A stretch of DNA of 64,000 nucleotides from Oscillospiraceae bacterium (GCA_015067765.1 SVLV01000003.1:36372-100371); one strand, 5' to 3'. Positions 46,656 to 55,866 are shown, counted from the stretch's first letter. The notes: a model not told the origin generated them from the sequence alone. A program made the numbers and translations.

Positions 46656-46693
46656 AGAGCACCCCGGCTGACCTGAGTCAGCCGGGGTGCTTT
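46656..46693. terminator. Terminator between convergent genes
   Basis: AGAGCACCCCGGCTGAC..GTCAGCCGGGGTGCTTT. Confidence 0.8.
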
Positions 46694-46712
46694 GTTGTTG
46701 GGGAAAGAGATC

Positions 46713-47549
46713 TCAGCCCTCCACCAGTTCCACCAGGAACCGGGCGATCATCTCCGACAGAGCGATGCGGTGGCTGGTAAAATCGTGGTCACAGGGGAGC
46801 TCTCCGTAGCGGAAAAGATCGCCGCCGCAGGCAGTGATGGCGCTGCGCAGGGGCTCCCGGTGCAGGTCGGGGGGCAGGTCCACGTCGTAGGTGGCGCCCA
46901 CCAGCAGCGTGGGCTTTTTGGCCAGCAGAGGGGCCAGCGGCTCCAGACAGAAGGCCTCGCCCTGCTCTGCCAACTCCTGGGCAAAGCTCTTGGCGGAGGT
47001 GCCCCGCAGCCAGTCGAAACCGAAATTGAGGATGTAGGTGAGATTCTCGCCGGACACATCGTCGGCGCTGCGGTTGACCCACAGGCGGCCCACATCGAAG
47101 GGGGTCACAATAGCGCCGCCCCGCAGCAGGTCCTCCTTGGCCAGCAGGTGGGTGGCCACAAAACCGCCCATGCTGTGGCCCATGATGTACAGCTGATTGG
47201 GGTCGATGCGATACTCCGGGCCCAGCTCCGCCAGTGCGTGCAGCACGGTGGAGGCATCCTCCAGACAGTTGGAGAAGGAGAAGTCACCGTCGGCACCCCA
47301 GCTGCCGCTGTAATGGAAGGTGGCGGTGCAGAAGCCCACGCGGCGCAGGGCCTGAGCCAGATCCAGATGCTGCTCAAAGCCGGGATAGCCGTGGCAGATC
47401 AGCACCGTGGGGTGGGGACCTTCGCCGAAGGGCTGCAGCAGCAGACAGGGAATCTTGCCGCGCCGGCCCATGATCTTCAGGGATTTGGCGTTGGTGGGGG
47501 CATCCCCGGGAGCGGGGATGGGGTCTTTGTACAGATAGTCCAGATGCAT
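46713..47549 (-). CDS. Alpha/beta-fold hydrolase
   Basis: CHGYPG, HYSGSWG, GHSMGG nucleophile elbow, CDHDF; RBS AGGAGG before ATG 47549. Confidence 0.9.
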   Translation of the reverse strand: MHLDYLYKDPIPAPGDAPTNAKSLKIMGRRGKIPCLLLQPFGEGPHPTVLICHGYPGFEQHLDLAQALRRVGFCTATFHYSGSWGADGDFSFSNCLEDASTVLHALAELGPEYRIDPNQLYIMGHSMGGFVATHLLAKEDLLRGGAIVTPFDVGRLWVNRSADDVSGENLTYILNFGFDWLRGTSAKSFAQELAEQGEAFCLEPLAPLLAKKPTLLVGATYDVDLPPDLHREPLRSAITACGGDLFRYGELPCDHDFTSHRIALSEMIARFLVELVEG

Positions 47550-47577
47550 CGGGGGTCCTCCTTTGTGCACAGGTGGG

Positions 47578-47751
47578 TTACTGCTTGCGGGCCAGGGCAT
47601 AGTCATCCCCCGGCCGCCAATAGGGACAGTCGTTGGTGCGGGAGGAGAGGAAACGGACCATCTCGTCCTCATCCAGATCCATGTCACAGACATAGTCGTC
47701 ATAGATTTCGTCGTAGATGTAGTAATGGCACTGCTCACACTTGGTGGACAT
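47578..47751 (-). CDS. 57-aa Cys/acidic small protein (DUF6472-like); not in the supplied ORF track
   Basis: MSTKCEQCHYYIYDEIYDDYVCDMDLDEDEMVRFLSSRTNDCPYWRPGDDYALARKQ; RBS AAGGAGG. Confidence 0.85.
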   Translation of the reverse strand: MSTKCEQCHYYIYDEIYDDYVCDMDLDEDEMVRFLSSRTNDCPYWRPGDDYALARKQ

Positions 47752-47783
47752 TTCCGCAGCCTCCTTCCGTTTGCTATGGTTCT

Positions 47784-47812
47784 ATTATAGGAGGCGGCGA
47801 ATTTCCTGTCAA
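47784..47812 (-). promoter_or_regulatory. Consensus sigma-A promoter for the small protein and hydrolase
   Basis: TTGACA-17-TATAAT on the minus strand. Confidence 0.8.
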
Positions 47813-48420
47813 TCGGTAAACTCCCACAGTTCCGCCGGCCGCATCACCGAGATCTCGTATGCGGTGCGGGTCAGCTCCCCCTCCGGCAGCTTCTTGCGGT
47901 AGACCCGGCTCTGCAGGCGGCCCTCGGCGGTGAAGCGATCCCCCACCGACAGGGCGGCGGTCTGTTGGGCGATGGCACCCCATGTGATGGCGGGCAGATA
48001 GTCGGCCCGACCGTAGCGGCGGTTGACGGCCAGGATCAGATCGCAGATCTCCCGGCCCAGCGGCGTGCGGCGATAGGAGGGGGGCTTGCAGAGAACCCCG
48101 GAGAACTGGATGCAGTTGCAGCTCTCCCCACCGGGGGTGAGGGTGCGGGCGAAGGTGGACAGCACCAGCCGTGGCCCTTCGCCGCTGCGGTTGTTGAAGG
48201 AGCGCAGCTGCCCGGTGACGGTGACGGTGCAGCCGGGGGAGAGATCCGCCTGCTGCAGCAGGGGTTCCGCCGCCAGCACCGGCAGCAGGTCCACCTGCCC
48301 GGAGAGGCGGGGGACCGACAGGGTGAAGCGGTAAAACCGCTGGGTGTGGCTGCAGTGGGACAGCTGCGGCGCCTCTGCCACCTGTCCGCAGAGGGTGAGT
48401 CGGTTCAAATTCTGGTCCAT
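47809..48420 (-). CDS. Tandem-OB single-stranded DNA-binding protein (clostridial type)
   Basis: VPRLSGQVD, GQLRSFN, YRRTPLGREICDL, NRRYGRADYLP, GRLQSRVYRK, AYEIS. Confidence 0.88.
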   Translation of the reverse strand: MDQNLNRLTLCGQVAEAPQLSHCSHTQRFYRFTLSVPRLSGQVDLLPVLAAEPLLQQADLSPGCTVTVTGQLRSFNNRSGEGPRLVLSTFARTLTPGGESCNCIQFSGVLCKPPSYRRTPLGREICDLILAVNRRYGRADYLPAITWGAIAQQTAALSVGDRFTAEGRLQSRVYRKKLPEGELTRTAYEISVMRPAELWEFTD

Positions 48421-48451
48421 AGGACACGTCCTTTCCGTAGAGCGATGGACC

Positions 48452-48480
48452 AGTGTATGTGTCCCGGCGGCGGAATATGC
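48452..48480 (-). promoter_or_regulatory. Sigma-E promoter of the SSB gene
   Basis: GCATATT-14 nt-CATACACT on the minus strand, near-consensus. Confidence 0.65.
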
Positions 48481-48544
48481 TCTTTTCAAAGGGAACAGAC
48501 TATGATAAAATGGGGCAAAGAACATGAGAAAAGGAGCAATATCC

Positions 48545-49411
48545 ATGCGTTATAAGGGAAAGGTCTACCGTCCGCCCAGTGAGGCGACCAGCCTGATCGT
48601 GCAGGTCACCTATGGCTGCAGCCACAACCGCTGCGCCTTCTGCAGCATGTATGACGATAAAAACTTCTCCATGCGGCCCATGGAGGAGATCCGTGAGGAT
48701 TTTGAGATGGCCCGCCGGGTTTATAAGCGGGTGCGCCGCGTGTTTTTGGCCGATGGCGATGCCATGATGCGCCGCACGGCGGATCTGGTGGAGATCCTGG
48801 GCCTGATCGCGGGTCTGTTTCCCGAGTGCGAGCGGGTCACCTGCTATGCCTCCCCCCGGAGCCTGCAGGTAAAGAGCGAGGAGGACCTGCGTCTGCTGCG
48901 CCAGAGAGGTCTTGCCATGGTGTATATGGGTCTGGAATCCGGCTGTGACGCGGTGTTGGAGAAGATGTGCAAGGGTCACACTGCTGCCGACATTGTGGCG
49001 GCCGGTCAGAAGGCCCGCCGCTGCGGGCTGGCTCTGTCGGTGACGGCCATCTCCGGACTGGGCAGCCGGGAACTGATGGAGCAGCACGCCATTGAGACGG
49101 CACGGGCCTTCAGCCAGATGAAGCCGGAATATATCGGCCTGCTGACCCTGATGGTGGAGAAGGGTACGCCGCTGGAGCAGTGGGTCCGGGAGGGCAGCTT
49201 TGAGGTGCTGGGTGCCGAGGATGTGCTGCGGGAGACGGAGATCTTCCTGCAGCATATTGACAGCGAGGGCAGCGTTTTCCGCATGAACCATGCCTCCAAC
49301 TATCTGACCCTGAAGGGCACGCTGAATCAGGACCGGGAGGCGCTGCTGGAGCAGGTCCGCTGGGGTCTGGAGAGCGGTGATCTGAAGGAGGAATACCTGC
49401 GTCTGCTGTAA
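48545..49411 (+). CDS. Radical SAM protein, function unknown
   Basis: YRPPSEA, GCSHNRCAFC (CX4CX2C variant), FLADGDA, GLESG, NHASNY. Confidence 0.88.
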   Translation: MRYKGKVYRPPSEATSLIVQVTYGCSHNRCAFCSMYDDKNFSMRPMEEIREDFEMARRVYKRVRRVFLADGDAMMRRTADLVEILGLIAGLFPECERVTCYASPRSLQVKSEEDLRLLRQRGLAMVYMGLESGCDAVLEKMCKGHTAADIVAAGQKARRCGLALSVTAISGLGSRELMEQHAIETARAFSQMKPEYIGLLTLMVEKGTPLEQWVREGSFEVLGAEDVLRETEIFLQHIDSEGSVFRMNHASNYLTLKGTLNQDREALLEQVRWGLESGDLKEEYLRLL

Positions 49412-49460
49412 CAGACGGCAGGAAAGAAAGTGGACGATCGGCAGAGAAAGAGAGGTCGCT

Positions 49461-50273
49461 ATGGGAAAGAAGAAAGTCTTGTCTGTTCAGGAGGCCCGGC
49501 GCCGCTATCAGAGCGGTCGGGCGGATCTGCTGCTGGTGGTGATCTTTACCGCCGTGAACACGCTGCTGGCCCTGGTGGGCAGCTACACCTATTTCCTGTT
49601 TTCCAGCTATCCGGCCTATCTGTTTGCCATGTACGGCAGGCAGTTCTGGGAGATCACCCGGGAGCCCTCTGCACTGGTGACGGGCGGTCTGCTGGCGGTG
49701 CTGATCCTGGCGGTGTATCTGGTGTGCTGGCTGCTGAGCAAGAAACACCGGGTGTGGCTCACGGTGGCAGCGGTGGTGTTCGTGGTGGACACGGTGCTGG
49801 TACTGGTGGATCTGATCACCGGCGGCGAGGTGGGCTATCTGATGGATCTGGCCTTCCATGTGTGGGTGCTGGTGATGCTGATCCGCGGCGTTCTGTGCAG
49901 CCGTCGGGCCTTTGAGGCGGCAGAGGAGCCCGTCTGCGGCTACACCGTTCCCGCAGGGGATACGGAGTTCTATGATGCCTCCATGGGCAGTCCCAACAGT
50001 CCCTGTCTGGGAGATCCGCAGCAGGAAAACAAATACCGGGTACTGGTGCAGGCGGATTGGAACGGTTACCACATTGAGGCCCGCCGCAGCCGCGGTCTGA
50101 CGGAGCTGGTGATCAACGGCCGGCTCTACGGTGTCAAGGAGGGCGCAGTGGAGTCCTTCTATGTGATCTGCGCCCGGCTGAACGGCCATGAGTTTGCCAC
50201 CCGCCTGGCGGGGACTCTGCAGACCATCGAGGTGGACGGCCAGATGATTGCGAAAAAAGTGAGGTTGTATTAA
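49461..50273 (+). CDS. Hypothetical membrane protein (4 TMs plus soluble C-terminal beta-rich domain)
   Basis: RBS GAGG, typical codon usage, hydrophobic segments. Confidence 0.7.
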   Translation: MGKKKVLSVQEARRRYQSGRADLLLVVIFTAVNTLLALVGSYTYFLFSSYPAYLFAMYGRQFWEITREPSALVTGGLLAVLILAVYLVCWLLSKKHRVWLTVAAVVFVVDTVLVLVDLITGGEVGYLMDLAFHVWVLVMLIRGVLCSRRAFEAAEEPVCGYTVPAGDTEFYDASMGSPNSPCLGDPQQENKYRVLVQADWNGYHIEARRSRGLTELVINGRLYGVKEGAVESFYVICARLNGHEFATRLAGTLQTIEVDGQMIAKKVRLY

Positions 50274-50813
50274 ATGATCGATATGATGGAACAGATGGTG
50301 GAAACCCACGAGAAATTCCGGGGCCGCATCATCCGGGTGAAGGAGGATGTGGTGATCCTGCCCAATGGCAAGGAGGCCCGGCGGGAGATCGTGGAGCATC
50401 CCGGCGGCGTGGGCATTCTGGTGCTGGACGGGCAGAACCGGGCGGCGTTGGTGAAGCAGTACCGCTATGCCTTTACCCGCTGCCTGCGGGAGATTCCCGC
50501 CGGCAAGATGGAACCGGGTGAGGAACCGGAGGTCACCGCCCGCCGTGAGCTGCGGGAGGAAGTCGGCGTGGAGGCGGCCCAGTGGGCAAGTCTCGGCCGC
50601 ATGATCCCGTCCCCCGGCTGCTACGGGGAGATGCTGCATCTGTATCTGGCCCGGGGGCTGACGCCGGTGGGCCAGCAGCTGGATGAGGACGAGTTCCTGC
50701 AGCTGGAGTGGGTTCCCTTTGAGATCTTGAAGCAGGCCTGCCTGGAGGGTACGGTCATCGACGGCAAGACGGTGACGGCTGTGCTGCGGGCGGCCGGCCT
50801 GCTGGACCTGTGA
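50274..50813 (+). CDS. NUDIX hydrolase (ADP-ribose pyrophosphatase-like)
   Basis: REIVEHPGGV, EIPAGKMEPGEEPEVTARRELREEVG (Nudix box), LDEDEFL. Confidence 0.92.
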   Translation: MIDMMEQMVETHEKFRGRIIRVKEDVVILPNGKEARREIVEHPGGVGILVLDGQNRAALVKQYRYAFTRCLREIPAGKMEPGEEPEVTARRELREEVGVEAAQWASLGRMIPSPGCYGEMLHLYLARGLTPVGQQLDEDEFLQLEWVPFEILKQACLEGTVIDGKTVTAVLRAAGLLDL

Positions 50814-50822
50814 GAAAAGCCC

Positions 50823-50851
50823 TTGACAGAGGGGCAGTTTGATGTTACCAT
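50823..50851 (+). promoter_or_regulatory. Sigma-A promoter of the T-box leader
   Basis: TTGACA-17-TACCAT with TG extension. Confidence 0.7.
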
Positions 50852-50865
50852 AACACTATATTTTA

Positions 50866-51136
50866 AAAACTGTTGAGTCAGAAGAGTAGCTGTTCGCAAA
50901 GCTTTCAGAGAGTCGCCGGTGGTGGGATGGCGGCAGGGGAACGGACAGGGAATGGACTGACGAGGGCGGGAAGAACGCATCCGGTGATGTCAGTAATACC
51001 CGACGGCGGCCGCAGCCGTTATCCGGCGGAGTGTATGATCGTACACATGAGTGGGCGCGTTGGCGCCAATGTGGGTGGTACCGCAGGAAACATCTTCTCC
51101 TGTCCCACGGCCTTGTGGCCGTGGGACAGTTTTTTA
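50866..51136 (+). ncRNA. T-box riboswitch, tryptophan-specific
   Basis: AGAGTA, CAGAGAG, GGTGGGA loop motifs; specifier GAA-TGG (Trp, 50953-50955); AGTAA, CCGTTAT; T-box AATGTGGGTGGTACCGC (51068-51084); terminator CTGTCCCACGGCC-ttgt-GGCCGTGGGACAG-T6. Confidence 0.93.
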
Positions 51137-51245
51137 TTGGGAGGAAGCCGTCATGAAATTTTATCTGGATCACCGATGGTAGGGGTTGAAAAGAGAAACA
51201 ATCCACACCGTTTGACCATATATTGCAGGAAAAGGAGAATGCATC

Positions 51246-52640
51246 ATGAAATCTCTGGAGAATAAGAGTATCCCTTACAAAATCTACCTGACCGAGGAGG
51301 AACTGCCCCGGGCATGGTACAATGTGCGGGCCGATATGAAGAACAAGCCGGCCCCCCTGCTGGATGCCGAGACCATGCAGCCCATCACCGCCGAGAAGCT
51401 GGGCACGGTGTTCTGCGAGGAACTGGTGCGCCAGGAGCTGGATGACACCACCGCCTACTTTGAGATCCCCGAGGAGATCCGCAACTTCTATAAGATGTAC
51501 CGTCCCGCTCCTCTGATCCGGGCCTACTGCCTGGAGGAGAAGCTGAACACCCCCGCCAAGATCTACTATAAGTTCGAGGGCAACAACACCTCCGGCAGCC
51601 ACAAGCTGAACTCCGCCATCGCCCAGGCCTACTATGCCAAGCAGCAGGGTCTGAAGGGCGTCACCACCGAGACCGGTGCCGGTCAGTGGGGTACGGCGCT
51701 GGCCATGGCCTGCTCCTTCTTCGGGCTGGACTGCCAGGTCTACATGGTCAAGTGCTCCTATGAGCAGAAGCCCTTCCGCCGCGAGGTGATGCGCACCTAC
51801 GGCGCCAATGTGACCCCCAGCCCCTCTGAGACCACCTCTGTGGGCCGCAAGATCCTGGAGCAGTTCCCCGGAACCTCCGGCTCTCTGGGCTGCGCCATCA
51901 GTGAGGCAGTGGAGGCCGCCACCAGTCAGGAGGGTTACCGCTATGTGCTGGGCAGCGTCCTCAATCAGGTGCTGCTGCATCAGACGGTGATCGGTCTGGA
52001 GACTCAGGCCGCCCTGAAAAAGTACAATATCAAGCCCGATATGATCATCGGCTGCGCCGGCGGCGGCTCCAACCTGGGCGGTCTCATCGCCCCCTTTGCC
52101 GGCGAGATCCTGCGCGGCGAGGCCAACTATCAGCTGATCGCCGTGGAGCCCAAGAGCTGCCCCAGCCTGACCCGCGGCGTCTACCGCTATGACTACTGCG
52201 ACACCGGCGCCATCTGCCCCCTGCAGAAGATGTACACCCTGGGCAACGGCTTCATTCCTGCTGCCAGCCACTCCGGCGGCCTGCGCTACCATGGCATGAG
52301 CGGCGTGGTGAGCCAGCTGTATGAGGATGGCCTGCTGGAGGCCCGCTCCGTGGAGCAGACCAGTGTGTTCGCCGCCGCCGAGGAGTTTGCCCGCTGCGAG
52401 GGCATTCTGCCGGCCCCCGAGTCCAGCCACGCCATCCGTGTGGCCATGGATGAGGCCATCCGCTGCCGCGAGACAGGGGAGGAGAAGACCATCGTCTTCG
52501 GCCTCACCGGCACCGGCTATTTCGACATGATGTCCTACGGCAAGTTCAACGACGGTGTCATGGGCGACTACATCCCTACCGATGAGGAGCTGCAGGCAGG
52601 CTTTGCCTCCATTCCCCAGTTCCCCGGCAACGAGATCTGA
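51246..52640 (+). CDS. trpB2: TrpB2-type stand-alone tryptophan synthase beta
   Basis: SGSHKLNSA (PLP Lys), TETGAGQWG, GGGSNLGG, GGLRYHG, PAPESSHA. Confidence 0.92.
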   Translation: MKSLENKSIPYKIYLTEEELPRAWYNVRADMKNKPAPLLDAETMQPITAEKLGTVFCEELVRQELDDTTAYFEIPEEIRNFYKMYRPAPLIRAYCLEEKLNTPAKIYYKFEGNNTSGSHKLNSAIAQAYYAKQQGLKGVTTETGAGQWGTALAMACSFFGLDCQVYMVKCSYEQKPFRREVMRTYGANVTPSPSETTSVGRKILEQFPGTSGSLGCAISEAVEAATSQEGYRYVLGSVLNQVLLHQTVIGLETQAALKKYNIKPDMIIGCAGGGSNLGGLIAPFAGEILRGEANYQLIAVEPKSCPSLTRGVYRYDYCDTGAICPLQKMYTLGNGFIPAASHSGGLRYHGMSGVVSQLYEDGLLEARSVEQTSVFAAAEEFARCEGILPAPESSHAIRVAMDEAIRCRETGEEKTIVFGLTGTGYFDMMSYGKFNDGVMGDYIPTDEELQAGFASIPQFPGNEI

Positions 52641-52651
52641 GCAAACAAAAG

Positions 52652-52690
52652 AACACCTGCGGAAGGAATTTCTTCCGCAGGTGTTTTTTT
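52652..52690. terminator. Terminator after trpB2
   Basis: AACACCTGCGGAAGG..TCTTCCGCAGGTGTTTTTTT. Confidence 0.85.
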
Positions 52691-52694
52691 GTGG

Positions 52695-53870
52695 TTATTG
52701 CATGGTGGGAGTCAGCCGCCAATCTGTCCCGCAGGGTTGGACAGTGGGGCAGCAGAGACCGTACTGGTCTGTCCACAGTGCCTCCCGGCGGAACAGCTCC
52801 GCCGCGGCAGGACCCAGTGCCTCTACGTCCGCCGCCTTGGTGAGGACCGGGAGGCCGGCATCCTGCATCTGCCGCAGGAGTGTGCGGCCTGCGGCATTGG
52901 CTGCCAGCACCCGCAGATAGGGGATCTCTCCCTCCGGAGCATCCATGTCCAGCCACGCAGAGACTACCATCCGCCGCAAACGGGCCATGGGGTAGCGCTT
53001 GGTTTTGGCCTGCTCCAGCACCTGCTCCAGAGAGGTGCTCCGCTGCACCGCGTCCCACAGGCGGCGGTACAGACCCTCGCTGCCGCCGTCATAGGGCTGC
53101 AGCTGCTGGGGCGTCATCTGCCGCAGGTGGCTGAGAATAGCCCGCTGGGCATAGGACAGGTCCGCCGGGGCACGGCCGGCCTCCAGCTCCCGCTGCAGGA
53201 TGGCCTGAGAGGGTTCGGGCAGGTAGCCCATGGCCTGCAGGATGTCCCCCTCCGCCAGCAGTTGACGGATATGGGAGGCGGAGGCGATGCCCGCAGCAGG
53301 TGCACCGTCATGGTCCGCCCCCATGCGGGGCAGAGCCAGGGGCTGCAGGTGGGTGTGGCGGGCGGCACGCAGATAGGCGATGGCCAGAATGTTGTTGGGC
53401 CGCTCCAGCAGGGAGGCCTCCTCCGGACCCAGCAGCTGCGCCACCGCCTGCTGACGGCAGGCGGCATAGGGGGCGCCGCCGGGCAGGAGGCGGCGCAGGA
53501 TCTCCTCGCAGGCAGCACTGTCCAGACAGTCGGCCAGGGTCTGCAGACGGCCGGTGTCGGGACACTCGGCCCCGAAGGCCAGATGGGATACCACGCCGGT
53601 CCGGGCCAGCAATTGGACGGCGCCGGAGGCGAAGGTCTCCGCCGGGGCCATGGCCCAGGGGGTGGGCAGCTCCAGCACCAGATCGGCGCCTGCGGCCAGT
53701 GCCATCTCCGCCCGCGCCGCTTTGGGGCACAGGGCCGGTTGGCCCCGCTGGACGAAGTTGCCGCTCATGAGGCAGAGGATGGGCTGCTGGCGCGCTTTCA
53801 GCTGCTGCAGCATCCAGCCGTGGCCCAGATGGAAGGGGTTATATTCACTGATGATACCAATGGCATTCAT
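52695..53870 (-). CDS. tmcAL: tRNA(Met) cytidine acetate ligase (YlbM-like HIGH nucleotidyltransferase)
   Basis: EYNPFHLGH, MSGNFVQRG, GADLVLELP, PNNILA, SASHIR, KTKRYPMARLRR. Confidence 0.9.
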   Translation of the reverse strand: MNAIGIISEYNPFHLGHGWMLQQLKARQQPILCLMSGNFVQRGQPALCPKAARAEMALAAGADLVLELPTPWAMAPAETFASGAVQLLARTGVVSHLAFGAECPDTGRLQTLADCLDSAACEEILRRLLPGGAPYAACRQQAVAQLLGPEEASLLERPNNILAIAYLRAARHTHLQPLALPRMGADHDGAPAAGIASASHIRQLLAEGDILQAMGYLPEPSQAILQRELEAGRAPADLSYAQRAILSHLRQMTPQQLQPYDGGSEGLYRRLWDAVQRSTSLEQVLEQAKTKRYPMARLRRMVVSAWLDMDAPEGEIPYLRVLAANAAGRTLLRQMQDAGLPVLTKAADVEALGPAAAELFRREALWTDQYGLCCPTVQPCGTDWRLTPTMQ

Positions 53871-53957
53871 AATTCCAAACTCCCGGTGGATTAAAATGTG
53901 GCTTTCCCGACAGGTCTGCGGAAAAGCCACACGAAGGGTATACATTTTCGGGGCGGA

Positions 53958-54404
53958 TCACTCCAGATCCACCATCTCCTCGTTCAGCTCCTCTCTGCGG
54001 ATCAGGAAGTGCCGTACGGCGAACAGACCGGCGATGCAGGCAATGGAGGCCAGACTCTCAATGGGACTGCCCTGACTGAGAATGACGTGACGGGTGATGG
54101 CCACCGTCAGAACCTCCAGCACGCTGGCAGGGGTGGTGTCAATGAGCATTCGGACAAATTCCAGACCCACTACCACGGTCAGAATGTAATGCAGGAAATC
54201 ATTGAGGTCTACCTGCAGGCCATTGCCGGTAAAGATATGGAATAATTCATATCCCAGAGAGAGGATGATGATTGCCAGTGTGATACCGGCGATGACGCGC
54301 TCAAACACATACAGGATTCGATGATAGATGAAAACGGAGCGGTGTTCGCGGTTTTCAATTTTGTTTTTCCACTGCTGGAAACGGGATTCCTTGTTGTTTG
54401 TCAT
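53958..54404 (-). CDS. PsiE-like small membrane protein
   Basis: VVGLEFVRML..VLEVLTVAITRHVI; 3-4 TMs. Confidence 0.7.
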   Translation of the reverse strand: MTNNKESRFQQWKNKIENREHRSVFIYHRILYVFERVIAGITLAIIILSLGYELFHIFTGNGLQVDLNDFLHYILTVVVGLEFVRMLIDTTPASVLEVLTVAITRHVILSQGSPIESLASIACIAGLFAVRHFLIRREELNEEMVDLE

Positions 54405-54549
54405 GCGCAAAGCTCTCCTTTTTGGTACATTTATAAAGTCTTAACGGTATTCTACAGGAAAAGGGAGAAAAAGAAAAGACTTTTCTTCCATTTTATCGGC
54501 AGATGGTGTATAATTTCCACCAATAAGCCATGTTGGGAGGAATTGCTCC

Positions 54550-55221
54550 ATGAAAATCGGATTGTACTATGCCATGCCCGGTGAGATCGAAAGTTTGCTG
54601 ACGGCCCAGAATGCCCAGCCGCTGCAGACGGTGGCAGGGGTCTCCTTCTATCAGATCCGTCCGGATGTGATCGCCTGTACCGGCGGTGTCAGTAAGGTGA
54701 ATGCCGCCATGGCCACCCAGCTGCTGATCAGCCTCTATCAGCCGGATCTGGTGCTCAATGCCGGTGTGGCCGGCTGCTTTGAGAATGTGCCCATCGGTAC
54801 GCTGATCCTGGCGGAGGACTTCATCCAGCACGATGTGGATACCACCGGCGTGGGAGATCCGCTGGGTTTGGTGAGCACCGTCAACCGCATCACCTTCCCC
54901 ACCAGCGACCTGGGGCGGGCCAGGGCAGCCATGGACAAGACCGGTTATCCCTACCGGGTGGGCCGGGTGGCCACCGGCGACTGGTTTGCCATCGAGAGCG
55001 ACCGTGCCAGAAAGATCTACGCCGACTTTGCACCCCTGGCCTGCGAGATGGAGGGCTGCGCCGTGGCACAGGTGTGTCTGCGCAATGAGGTGCCTTTTAT
55101 GGCCATCAAGTCGGTGTCCGACTGCATTATGGAGCACCACGATTTTAATTTTAATTTCCCGGAGGCCATGCGGGATCTGAACACGGTGGTTATGGCCTTT
55201 GTGGACGCTTTGGAGGAGTGA
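54550..55221 (+). CDS. mtnN: 5'-methylthioadenosine/S-adenosylhomocysteine nucleosidase
   Basis: AMPGEI, GVSKVNAA, NAGVAG, QHDVD, CEMEGCAVAQ, KSVSD; upstream of luxS. Confidence 0.88.
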   Translation: MKIGLYYAMPGEIESLLTAQNAQPLQTVAGVSFYQIRPDVIACTGGVSKVNAAMATQLLISLYQPDLVLNAGVAGCFENVPIGTLILAEDFIQHDVDTTGVGDPLGLVSTVNRITFPTSDLGRARAAMDKTGYPYRVGRVATGDWFAIESDRARKIYADFAPLACEMEGCAVAQVCLRNEVPFMAIKSVSDCIMEHHDFNFNFPEAMRDLNTVVMAFVDALEE

Positions 55222-55225
55222 AGAA

Positions 55226-55696
55226 ATGGAGAGAATTGCCAGTTTTACTGTGGATCATACCGTTCTGGTACCCGGCCTGTATCTGAGCCGGAAGGACGGG
55301 AATGTCACCACCTATGATCTGCGCTTCTGCGTGCCCAATAGCGGGGACATTCTGAGCAACGACCGCCTTCACTCGGTGGAGCACCTGATCGCCACCATGC
55401 TCCGCAACAGTGAACACAAGGATGCCGTCATCTACTTCGGCCCCATGGGCTGCCAGACGGGATTTTATTTCCTCTGTGACGGGGAGAAGCTGCCGGAGGC
55501 GGAGGCCATCCGTCTGCTGCAGCAGGTGTTCCGTCAGGCGGCGGAGTATCAGGGTCCCATGCCCGGCTGTTCCCCGAAGGAGTGCGGCAATTTTATCAAT
55601 TTGAATGTGGCCATGGCCCGCAACTGCTGCCGTTTTTTTGCCACGGTCATTGAGAACTGGACGGTGGAGCAGCTGACGTATCCCACCGGAAAATAA
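55226..55696 (+). CDS. luxS: S-ribosylhomocysteine lyase
   Basis: IASFTVDH, HSVEH, GPMGCQTGFY, ECGN. Confidence 0.95.
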   Translation: MERIASFTVDHTVLVPGLYLSRKDGNVTTYDLRFCVPNSGDILSNDRLHSVEHLIATMLRNSEHKDAVIYFGPMGCQTGFYFLCDGEKLPEAEAIRLLQQVFRQAAEYQGPMPGCSPKECGNFINLNVAMARNCCRFFATVIENWTVEQLTYPTGK

Positions 55697-55740
55697 GCGG
55701 AAAATTTGTTGTTTTTTCCGAAAAAAGTTCCGGAAATTTA

Positions 55741-55769
55741 TTGACAACGCCCACATTCATCGTTATAAT
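55741..55769 (+). promoter_or_regulatory. Consensus sigma-A promoter of the rplU operon
   Basis: TTGACA-17-TATAAT. Confidence 0.85.
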
Positions 55770-55773
55770 AGAA

Positions 55774-55850
55774 AAGCCGCTTTGAATGGGTTACAAGATC
55801 CGATCCCACGGATCGGACGCCCCCGACAGCGAGTCCGTAATAAAGGAAAG
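55774..55850 (+). ncRNA. Probable L21 ribosomal protein leader
   Basis: Structured 5' UTR (CCGATCC-cac-GGATCGG; GCGAGTC) directly upstream of rplU. Confidence 0.5.
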
Positions 55851-55866
55851 GTAGGTGCAACAAGTA

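Noticed and set aside
47550-47738. N-terminal extension of the alpha/beta hydrolase in the ORF track
   Set aside because: It is an alternative frame of the 57-aa small gene; the hydrolase has its own RBS at 47549
48612-48645. CX4CX2C instead of CX3CX2C as a defective radical SAM
   Set aside because: To my knowledge this spacing is normal for this radical SAM subfamily, and the rest of the protein is intact
53897-53932. GTGGCTTTCCCG..CGGAAAAGCCAC inverted repeat as a mobile/REP element
   Set aside because: Single copy in the window with no transposase or target duplication; cannot be distinguished from an ordinary hairpin
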